From contig NMRA01000740.1 in assembly GCA_002633005.1 (NCBI GenBank), positions 37,673 to 101,672 of the forward strand: a stretch of DNA of 64,000 bases, written 5' to 3'. The notes beneath the pieces are model-generated. The model was not told the origin of the DNA. It ran no database searches and saw only the letters and a program-made list of their open reading frames with translations. Positions 13,301 through 25,300 of the stretch are shown here, piece by piece. The translations under genes and the position numbers were made by a program. This stretch comes from Phoronis australis. Lineage: Eukaryota; Animalia; Phoronida. The first letter of the stretch is position 1. Every line of letters begins with the position of its first letter.

Positions 13301-16300
13301 TTCGTAAGATGTCGTCCTCGGGTAATTGGAAATAAGCTAAACAATTTCGTTTGATAAATATACAATTTCCTAAAGGAACTGATAAATGGTAGCTAAATGT
13401 GGTGTACTCGAACATGCTCTTAAATAAGCAGGCCTGCGTTTTTCACTACTTAAATTGTTTATTTGATTTTTAAACTAAACACACTGTTATGGACTTGGTC
13501 GATTGTGTCGAACTACCAGCGTTTAGTACACCGTGCGCATGTCTTGTTTTTCTATTCCGGCTTGCCTGAAAACAATACTTTCTACAACCCCATGCCACCA
13601 ACAGTCACACACAATCTTTCATTCTCGCAGTATCTGTAGTACAGTTCCACTTACAGATCCCCACTCATAGTTGTGATATATTTCTACTCTGCCAACACTG
13701 GGAGTTAGGCCTCCACGCAGTCTAACAGTGCCCTCTGGAGGACCAAAATCGTCTTCACAGACTACACCGACGTCCTTAAAAATATAGAATTTTGTTACTT
13801 GCAGCTCTTAACAATGTTCGAGTCGAGATTCAGATTAAGTTTTGGGAACCCAGATCCTGATGTTACAAAATTTAAAGAAGTTTTTCAAACTAAAACTCTA
13901 AGTAGGATATATAGTCTTCAAGTAACGGATTTATGAACGCTTTTTGCATGTGACTGTCATGCTTTTTCGGCTGAAAAGGCAGCACATGTTTATAGATTGT
14001 TGTTCAAACTCTGACAGGGTACCAGTAAGATAACACACGCTAGAGTTTGTTTACTGAAAAAATACATGTGTTTACCTGCCTGAACCTGTAAATGTCACCG
14101 TGCCTCGAATGCTCTGAGACCGGTTTTAGCTCTTTAACTTTTATTTCATCATTCTATTTATTTGATTGATAACAGTTACCACTTAATAGATATGACCCTG
14201 TTATGTCGAGCCTACGAATAAACAAATTTTTACAACAGAATACTTGAGAACATTCTACTAGGATTCAGTGTATTAGTGACTGAATTTTTCACTATTTATC
14301 GATTCAGTCAACGAGTGTGACGGCTGAAAGTTGTTCAAGCGTTTACTGCTGTAGTCAATGCTTTGAGGCACTGGCTGGAGCATAAAATATACGTTACATT
14401 GGATATTTATTTGAATACATTCGTGTATGGTAGATCAAAATCAATAAAGTGACTAATTCTAACAAAGTCTTCCGTCTTTATTCATACTAAAAGTTGTTAA
14501 TATCGGTCAGCATCAACCTGTGCCCACCCTCCACGAGGTGAAACCAGACAACTGGCAATTACGTCAGAAGCCAACTGACGGTAGTGAGGTGTTACAAAGT
14601 GCATGAGCTATAGGAATTAGCAACTCACTATGGAGAACAGACTGGGATTTGATGGACCTCTGACAAGAAATCAATTCTACAGGGTGGCGATCTGAGACAC
14701 AGCTCGTGAAGCTGAGAAGAGAAGGCTGAGGGTGAGAAAAGAAGACAATCCCGCTAATCTGAGCACCAGATGGAGCTTGCCCGAATAAAACAGGAGAGGG
14801 AGTCAGCACCACTGACAACTGAACAGTCTGTAGCTGAGGGTACTATTGGCGCTATCTGGTGGTGTAAAACCAAAACTGGTAAAGCTTGATGAAAACCAGG
14901 ACGATATGGAGAACTTCCTTGAACGGTTCGAGGAATTGGTCAATAGGTTGGAATGGAGACAGAGTGAATAGGCAAATTCGTCTCAGTTCCCTGTTAACAG
15001 TCAAAGGCCTACACCAGCTTGCACTGGACTTTGATACGTTCGAGAAGATTCTACTGAAGCGGTGTGAACTGACAGGAGGGTTTTCGCAAGCAGGTCCGGG
15101 AGTAGAAGAATTTGAGGCTCGAGGCGGCTTACCAGTTCGTAGCACGGCTACAGCGCTACCAAGACACTTGGATTGACATAGCCGAATGTGTCAAAGAGAG
15201 CTTGTTAGTGCGTGAGCAGTACGCCAGTGCCTGTTTCAAAATTGGCCTTGTCCTGTGAGAGAAAACACTAAAATCTGATCACGTGATGGTCAGCAAAACA
15301 GAAAGACTAAAAGAGGCGCATAGAATAAATAAAACGAGCACTCCATCTACAACGAAGAAGACGAATGGCCAAGATGTCTCTTGGAGAAATGTTTTTGATG
15401 GGCAGAGCCTTTCAAGAGGCCACCAATTGACCTGATTGGCGCTATAACTTCAGTTCAGGCTAAGAAAACAGGTGTATCTTAACGGTAACAATTGCGATGA
15501 AGAAAACTGGTACATAACTGAAACTTTGTTAACAGTCTTCAGTGAAGTCGGGATTCCCGCGGAAGATCTTGGGCGATCCTGCAAAATAGTTCACAGCAGA
15601 ATATACGAAGCAGCTGTTTATAACTCCTTACAACGCACGCTGAGATCTTTGAGCGAATCAACCGTGTATTGCGAGCCATGTTGAAGATCAGTCCTTTGAA
15701 AGTGTATCAAGAGCGCGAGCCTGACAATAAAAAAAAGATCAAGCTGTCTGTGCTGTGATGATTGGGGAGTGTGAGACTGATGAAGCGACAACTCTCGACG
15801 AAAGCGACTTGGGTCATCTGTGTGAGGTTCACGACGAAACCTACAAGGATGATAGGCTTTTGCGACGACCAAGTTTGACAACGAATGAATGTAATCCAGA
15901 GGGGATCATGGCGACGCTGCATGGTTGACGTTTCTTCTCAAAGTTCGATTTCACCAAGGACTACTGGCAGATTCCCATGGATGAGGCGAGTAAAAAGAGC
16001 ACTACATTCGTGACTCCTGGAGGCTGTTACCTCCAGGAGATTTATGTCAGTTGACTTATTAAAGTCAGCAGTCACACTCAACACAATGATGCAGAGGACG
16101 TTGGCGAGCCCAGACAATAAAATCCGAACATGGACGATCTACTCCTACACACTTCCGCATGGAAAGAACATTTCCTTACTAGTTTGTTCTAGTAAGCATG
16201 AAAAACAATCTTAACTATGAGACCATCACAGTACAGCATTGGTTATCACGAAAAGAACTTCCTTGGAGTTCGGATCGGAACGACGCATTTAGCTACAGAC

Positions 16301-19300
16301 GGCCAAGAGCTAATGGGCTTGAAAGTACGTTGTTCGATTTCTCAAGTGCAACCCTTCACACAGGTCATCGCATGGACCAACTCATCTAATGATGATTTGG
16401 GGACAGCCTCACTGCATCAGTTTGAAAATGGAGTATTCCCAACGACGTGTGCCAGCCGAAAGCTGAAAGTCAGCGAGTGGTATTACTTCCCTAAAGAGAA
16501 GGAGTGTAGGCAACTGTGTCCGTAACTAAGATTCACCTCTATGGGACGGAATTCATGGTACAGACAGGCCACAGGACGTTGGTTTGCATTCAGAGCTGCA
16601 AGACTAAGATCGCTCGAGCTGTGCGATAGGCGACGGCTCTACAGAATTTTACGTTCTGCATGGAACACCCTGAAACATCTAACAGGTGCAGACAACCTGA
16701 GTCGACAAGTAGAGCCGAACAAGTGAGCACCATAAAAAGACACAGAAGACTGTTTACATGCCACACGATTTTGAGGTAGACTGGCACTGGTTTCAGTTGT
16801 ATGAGTTGTATTTGTCATTTTCTCGTTGTTTATCACCAGCTGGCACTAAATTGGCATGACTTTGCTATGTTGAACCAATAATTATGTAACTGTTTACAAC
16901 ACAATACTTGAAAACATTCTAATAGGTTTTAGTATGCTGCAGTAGGCAAGAGCACTACAACAGAAATTACGTCGGCGGTTTTATTTGAGTAGACACGTTC
17001 GGTTTAGATGACAATTCTAGCCAGTCTGCAGTCTTTCATTGCACCTTAATCACTTAACAACGGTCAGTGACGACCTGCATCCACTCATCTTCCAGTGGAA
17101 AGCGTGACATACGACACCAAGTGTTCAGGCAGGAAACTAGCTAGTGATGCCCACTGACGCAAAATTTTATCAACGGCCATAGGCTGTTTAACATTAAAAG
17201 CTTTATGTTTGTTAATGGCATGTCGACATAACGGCATTGGTTGGCCCGTTCGAGAGTTTAAAATGTGTGCCTTTGTCTTGCTCAATAGTATATGTAGTCC
17301 ACGCATGGAAGGCTATTTAATTCAATATTACATGAATACAAAGTGCCTTGTCCGATCCTCACCAGTCCATGATCGCACCGGTCATTCACTTTCCCCCACG
17401 CCGCATGCTGGCACTGGTTGATCGAAGACTCGTTGCCGAGGCAGAACACGGAATCCAACCAGATTTTAAAGCTGTCGGGCAATAGTACAAAACCTCGTAA
17501 TGCAACTGCTCGAGGATATCCGAGTTGTCGGCACACGACGTCTCATAATATGAAAGGAAATTCAAACCGCATTCAGACGCTTAAATAAAAATATTGGTAA
17601 ACAGGTTCTAAGAAAAAGCGGAGCACTCTCGGGCCAGTCAACAGATAATCATATGTGGAACAAAGATATTCACCAGAAACATGCTTTATAGAAAGTAATA
17701 GATAAAAGAATACATATTGAAGTAGCTTCAGATTTGAGTAAGACTGTAGTGTTGATTACAAGATGAACGCCACGACAACTGCACGCATGCTGTAAAAGAA
17801 AAACACAAAAAGAAGAATGACCATGTGTCGTAGCTAGTGCTTGCTGTACCTGCAGTTGCCATGGTGAATTCCCGCTTACACACTGTTCCCCAGGTGTTAT
17901 TATGCCACACCTGCAATATTCCTACGTTCATCGAGTCACCATTCACAAGCCGAATTATACCAATATTACTTCCTGTTGCGTTGCAGCTAACACCAACGTC
18001 TAGAGAATGATCGTCCGGACATGTATGTGAACCCCAACCTGCAAAAGGAAAGATTGATCAAAATATTTCCCATTCCATAAGGATTGGTAACAGTAAAAAT
18101 TGCATTTCTTCAAGGCAAGATGGGTGTTTTCTGTGCTTGAAAAGACGGTATCGCGAGTGCTGATGTAATTCAAACTAACAGTTTCAAGTGAGGAGCCAAA
18201 ATTTAATCTCTAAGCTTAGGCTTGAACTACAAGTTGTCGTTATCTGATTTCTTGAATTTGTTCTCCAGTGCCCAGTTGAATGAAACAGTCTTTAATAGGT
18301 ATTTAACTAATTTCCCTAATTCCTCTGCGTGTTTATGTCTTTATTTACCCCTAAATGTAATGTTTTTCTATCTTTACAACGAGCTCTTCTTTGACTCACT
18401 GCCATTCTCTGCTAATCAACCTAAAACTGAGACCTTATTTCAATGTAAATAATCAAGGATCTGGTTCTTAAATTGGGGGCGTTGCCAGAAAATATAGCTT
18501 ATGATTTTCAGTGATATTGAGAATCCAACGTAGAGTTCGTTCCAAGAGTTATCAAAGCCAAAAACAAATGCAAATAAATATAGATTATTACATGGCAAAG
18601 TCGTTATCCCCCGTTATCTAGAGCCCGAGTGGATTTTGGAGAGTTATCGCCGGAGGGGCGTTAGCCCCGAGGAGGATATTTCTACAAAATCCACGAGGGC
18701 TCTTAGATAAGGGATAACGACTGAGAACATGTAATAATCTATTTATATCACATACTGAACGAGAAACATTGCAATGAATCGGTCTAACTTTCTGGACTCG
18801 CCTCGGGTCTGTAACTAGTTTCTATGTCAGAGGCTCGGGGTCGGAGGTCGTGACCTTTTAAGAAAAGCCGAGCTATTTTTGTCAAATAATGCTTTTACTC
18901 AAAACCAATTGAAAAATAAAACAAAATGGAAATAAGTGAATCTATAAATTGAGGTTTGGCAACTATTATGCCTTACTACACATTTTATCACGCTAACCTT
19001 CGACCGGGAAAATATCGTCTGCTAAAGTAGGTTACCACTAGTATAATGCTCAAGTCAAAGGATCCCGACGACACGATACCCCCCGCATTCAAATTGGAGA
19101 TCGGTGATTTACAAGTGAGAGAACGCGAGAGAAAAATTTCACTGAATTAAAATATAGTTTTTAAGGAAATTATGCGTCGTATTTTTCATAGCGTATAAAC
19201 GTCGGTGCAATGCCGTTTGCTAAACATGCGATTGTTGTGCGTGCTCATTTAAGTATTCTATTTTCACGTTAGATAACGTCAGCCGCTGAGTGGTGTAGTG

Positions 19301-22300
19301 GTAAAGTCGGCGACTCAAAACTCTTGAGGCCCGGGTTCGAATCCGGCCTCGGTTTCCCGCCGGCCAAAATGTTATCTCACTAGTGAGATAACTTTATGGG
19401 TTATTACACGGTTGTATCTGCCATTCGAGGCTAATAGTGTGGTATAAACTGAGTTATTTTCACAAGTTCACAAATGCGGTGAAAAGTTAATGAACATTGT
19501 TAAGTCGGTATTTGTGACTGTTTCATATAACCGGGCGCAGAACACTACAGTTTATGTAGACGACGACATAATACACGTATGCATATTATGATTACATCAA
19601 CTTATGGAAACTGAGATGAAATCAGTACATTTCAAATAGTTGGGCGAAAATTTACCATGTGCTTGCTTTTGGACCAGCTTTAAATGCTGATCTGTTCGAA
19701 ATCATTCTTCACCAATTGATAAGAGGGAACGTAGCGCAATAAAGAATCTCGACTTGCTACAATAATTTAAGTAAGGCTACAATAATTTAAGTAAGGCTAC
19801 AACGAACACAAAAATGCTGCTGGCCAGAACGATCAAGGCAATTTTTTTGTAAATGTTCAGTTTAACGCTTTCACCACCACTCTTAATCCAGTTACTGGCA
19901 CAATTCGAAAACGGGTGGCTTTACGGGTGTGACCGTTACCTTTATGCTGACAATTCGATATGTCGAATTCCGATCCCGAGCAGGACGTTATCTCTAGCCA
20001 TATTTGTCCTTGACTTTGACCGTAGGCGGACATATTGTAGAACGCGTTAATACCAGCAAACCCTGAAAATAGGAGCTTCTGCTACGAATGTATACACGTC
20101 AAAGGTCTCCTAAATACAGCGACGAGGTTGTGAGATTAATATATCTACTTACCTAAATATTATTTACCTCTATAGTTGTTTTGATTCGAGGCAATCTGAT
20201 TTCGGATTGACTCTACGTCTTGACAAGACAGCCATCTTCTTTCTTTCTTCCACCGTGCGCTATATCATAGAATTTGTTGCCTGGTGTCATCAGATCACGT
20301 TCAGTTTCATCGACTTGTTTCGACCAGAAACCACAATGGTATCTAGAGGTGGGTCCACACAGGTGGCCAGCCTAATGTGCATTAATGCGTTCTTCAACTT
20401 CTTTCACTCCCATGGTTCCACAGCCAACATGATGTGTCACGCAGCAGTTTCACTACTGTTCTCTTCACCCTCTCTCACTCACCTATATTCTCTGCCAACC
20501 AACACGCAAAACATGTATCCAACCCTCTGCATGTCATTTACACAGGAAAAAACAGGATCCCGTGCCTTAGCGCGACAGCATGTCTAGACCCATCAATATT
20601 AAAAGCTGATTTGAACAACCGGTTACCATAGTTGTTGGATTTTAATGACCGGCTTAAATGCTTGGGTACTAAAGGACAAAGATGGATTCCAGTGATAACA
20701 CTGCCTGCAGTTCAACAAAACATTCATAAAATCATACACAAAGCAGACTATGTTTGGTAATGCAGCCTTGTAGAAACTGAAATCGCCCTTAAAAGTCGAG
20801 TCTTTTCAGTCTTTGATTGTCCAAATAATCTGACTAGAGCAGAATAAAGAAAAGCTCGAATTTTTACAATTGCTGATCCTTTCTCGAAAAGTCTCAGTCT
20901 TCCATTCCAGGCTTCCTGAGTCATGATAATGGGCTGACTAGGTTTGTGCACCTAACCCCACAACAGAATGACTGCAAGACTCACTTTGATTCCCCCAAAC
21001 AATCCAGTCAGTGTGAAATAGTGGAGCACTTAATGAGCTCACTAGATCTTGATGACTTTCATGGTTCCATCTGGTCCGTGCACCTGGTGACTCCGTTTGA
21101 CCAATTCGATCACGCAGCTTTCCTATCCTATGAAACTGCGGGGACCAACAGCCATTTCCTGAGCAGTTTGCTGATTGCTCTACCCACGCTGTTAATTGCC
21201 AAAACTGAAAAAAATTACATCAGACCTCTAATTTTGCAAGGCAGCAAAGCACGCCAATAGATCTAGGCCTTGTATAAGACAGGAAAACTGCTCTTCTTTG
21301 ACCTCCGTAACTACTATCCAAGCGAAGTTTCTATGTGCTTGGCGTCGCTCTTATCAGGAAGAGGTTTGTACAACTTCCCTAAGAACTTGACGAGATTGTC
21401 TATAGAATGAGCTCTTTCGCCTTAAGTTGGCAGGTTGACTGCTGAGCACCTTCCCGTTCCTTGTAAAAAGGTCAATAGGTCAATTTCCTAGGCTAGAATC
21501 TCCTTCGATTTCATGAAGACATTTTGTGTAAGGTTGGCAGTGGATTTTCACTTGCGTCATCTTTACCACAGTCATGTTTTCCATCACTGATCTAATTACA
21601 GGTACGACGCTTCAATATTGAAACCTCGGGATCTTGCTTCCTCTTTCTTCGGCACTAATCCGGTTTATACCTACGATGGTCAGTGTATGTCCAATCACAG
21701 TACCTCTTTCTAGCTTGACCTATTCTATATAGTGATAGTCGCCGATACCTGAAATACCTACTGCGAGTTGGTTCGCAGAAGATGCTGGGCACAAATCCTC
21801 TCCCCATTGGCACACCCATTGACGATAAGTTAAAAGAGTTTAGGGGTAATGTTTCCCGTAATGAGCTGGTTGTGAAGTCTTCTAATAGGCCCTTTCTGGT
21901 GGCTGGAAGCTGACTGGCCGAAGAGAACCTCTAGTCACAGAATGCAAATGCTTTACTCGGAGGTGACTGGTTATCATTCCTAGAGATGTAAGCATTGGCT
22001 GGATCCAGTCGTAACGAGGTCAGGTCGCTTTAAGGCGGACATGTTCTTCTTGTAGCTGTTATTTATGAGAGACTCTGTCTTTGACCTAGTTAGAATAGTC
22101 AAGAAAGTCTTGCCTGCACACTCAGTAGCAGTATTGTTCTCAAATGTTCGATCACGACCTTTCTCCTAAGTAACAAAGCAGAACAAAACCTTCCACCCAA
22201 CAGGTATCTTTTCCTCCACCCAGATCGTTGTTAGTATCAGTCTTGGCTTCCTTAGTAGAACGGACCATTTCTTCTGTGTCTAATATACCACGCAGATCTG

Positions 22301-25300
22301 AGACCGAACCTGACTGCGCTTTCTTCACCAATTGGAACAGCTCCTTCAACGTCGGCTCTGAAACACCTAGTGTATTCTTTCGTGTATTCTCAGCCTCAAG
22401 CCTAGAATAAAATCCAAGAAGCAGCTCCCGTCCGTCGACGTCATGAGGAGCTGTTCCAACATTTCTTTTCTTGACCACAGTAGCCTAACGGCGATTCCTT
22501 TCCATACTCATTGTAATGAAGGGCAGTGACAATACAAAGTTTTGCAAAAACGGCGTGGTTTTCAAAATAAGCACAAAGTTTCGGACTGCAGTTTGCATGT
22601 AAAAATAATCAACCGAATCATCCTTTGACCGTAGACTATTTAACTTGCGATTTTGGTGGAATGTGTCATTTCGAAAACACTGCTGATCACATCGTTGACG
22701 GGTATTTGCCGATTCCCTATTTGAACTACACTTCACTGAACAAGCTTTATATTATTGTGCTTCTATTTTCAAAGGTTCACTCAACTTTGGCAAACTAAGG
22801 TAGGGTCAAATTTTGAAACCTACACCGTCTTTTCAATTTCGAGGCGTGTTACCTACTTGGCGATAAAAATTGGCCTCGGATTGCTTCTCACTCATCTGAG
22901 GAGCTTTTTTTAAAGAGGGCGCGTTTACTGCATGTCGGCCTTCACATTTATTTATGGTAATCGCTATCACCATCAACATTAGGTGCACATGTATTGATAT
23001 ATATGATGGCCAATAGGATACTAAGTACTGTTTCGATGAGTTCCCCCAACAGAAGTCTGTCACCTGCTACATCATAATTATCACGTCTCCAGAGAGGCAA
23101 ACGTATTATTCAGCCACAGAACCCACCAGGGTGTTTCAAAGTCCCTATGTTTCAAGATACGTCAGTCTTTATCAGCAATTGCCAATTAACTCCCCAAAGC
23201 GTTGATCATGCTCTCCGATTGAGCAGACTTTGTAAGGAGTTGTCAAACATTCTACTTTTGGAGTTTGATAACGCTTTCAGACCAAAAATAAGGTCTCAAA
23301 AATCTAGTCTGATTAATAAAACAGTTTTATCAAAGCAAATGTGCGCCAGCGAAATTTTACACAGCGATTTCAGATTGCTTTTAATGGAACACTTTTCGAG
23401 TTTAGAAGTAGGTACATCTACGTTTGCAAGCAAAATTGTACACGTTATAGGGACCAATTGATTCTTTGATTAGATACTCTTTGTCCTTCCGCTAATTCTT
23501 TTAAATTCAGTTTTTATTTAACAACTCATATGACGCCGTGCGTGTGTCACGTTTTTCCCCGTATGTGGGTGGGCGGAGGTTGTTACAGACCGGTGCTAAT
23601 AGCTTTCGGTGCGACGATTGACTGAAGACCGGTTCGAGTTAATCCTTTATTAATCCCGACAGTACGTTCACAAGCCTACTCAAACATAACGTCCGACGTA
23701 ATGTCTGTTTATGCTCCAGCCAGTGCTGCGAAGCCTTGACTTGTGATGAACTTCTGAGACACGTTCAGCAACTGTTACACTCGATTCAATAACCTGCTGT
23801 CTCTATAGCTGCCTCTCTATTGACTATCGCTGTAACTGCCGATTCTCTTCACTGCAACGCAACTGTAATTCTCCTGATTAACTTTCTTGGACTTTTGATG
23901 AACTGACTTGATCTCCGGCTTGATCTGACTAACACAAACCCGTGCTTGTGTATTTATAGCCTAATGCATTATTCTGAAACTTTACACCAATTCAAGCACA
24001 TTCTAGAACTTTCCTGAATCTACCCAATCATTCTACAAACATATACTAGTCTCTAGAATATTCCAGACTGCATTAATCACTGTCATGCTAGAGTCTTCTA
24101 GAAAGTTCCACACTATACTGTAGTAAACAAATTACATTATCACTACTGAACTCAGTCTACTAGAAAGTTCCATACTGTTCTGCAGTAAGCAAATTACATC
24201 ATCATTGTACTTAACTCAGGGGTCATGCCAATCAAACAGAACAACAAAACAAAACAATACAACTAAAAACATTGTCAGTCTATATTCTGACAGCGTGGTC
24301 CTTAATAAAAAACGTCGACACTCAGAAAGCAAGTAAAAAAACACAATTGCAAAATATCAAGTCTTCCTACCAAGTTGCTTGCAGACGATCTTAGCATTTG
24401 TCATTGTAAATCCGTGAGAACACACAGATCCCCAAGTCTGGTTGTGCAACACCTCTACCCGACCTTCATTAGAGGACGTCCCGGCCACCAGGCGCAGTGT
24501 TCTGGTAGAAGGCACTGAAAAGGGATGCCGTACTCGTATCATTACAAGCAGGCACACCCCGGACTAAAGCACACTCAAATAAGTACTTGTAAGTTATGCC
24601 CAAAATATATCCGCAACAATAGTCGAGGGAATAATGAATGATGTTTGTTAAGTTACACCTCTTCTTCAGTGATGAAATGGTGATGGTGAGGGTCCTGCTT
24701 TCCTTTTTGAGACACGTGGTTGATTGTGGTACCTTTATCTTATTAGATAGATTTTTACAGATAGTTATTGCTTCTAGCAATTTTGAATTCGAGATCAAAC
24801 ATATACGATTCTTTACATTCAGTCTACATGTAGCAGTAAACATTACATGAAGTGCCACCAGCAATCTATATTTCGGAGTCAATAATTCTCCATATTAACC
24901 GCTCATGGTTTTGTATTGACCGCAATGGCAACGTCATTAAATTTCTTTTAGGGAGGCGTCACGAGATACTGGATCGTGATTCAGTTTCTTGATATTCCTG
25001 TTCGCAAGTCATTGATTTACCACTGCATCCCCAGCACGTGACGAAATCATGAGTCCTTTAGGCCATTTTACGTCGTCCGGATTATGACGTTACGTTTGTT
25101 TTGAAATAACTCCAAAATACAAACCACTCGGTGAATGCAAACCTCCATCAAAGCACCACAGTTCCCTTCAACACGCAATTGTACAAAAGGTGTGTTTCAA
25201 AGGCTGAAGTTCACTGAATCATGAGTCGCGACCTGTTGATATGGCATGAGCGAGAATTATAGGTTTGCCACGTGATTTTTTGATGCCTGTATGTCTAATG

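Noticed and set aside
17085-17125. LGVVCH on the minus strand as the end of SRCR2
   Set aside because: There is no usable acceptor and an in-frame TGA precedes it. The real continuation DVGVVC is the exon starting at 13774.
19284-19355. Functional tRNA gene
   Set aside because: The D, anticodon and T stems do not pair properly. Kept only as a tRNA-derived sequence.
23080-23146. LWLNN motif as the second exon of SRCR1
   Set aside because: The frame closes quickly, and exon 19940-20062 fits both phase and consensus.
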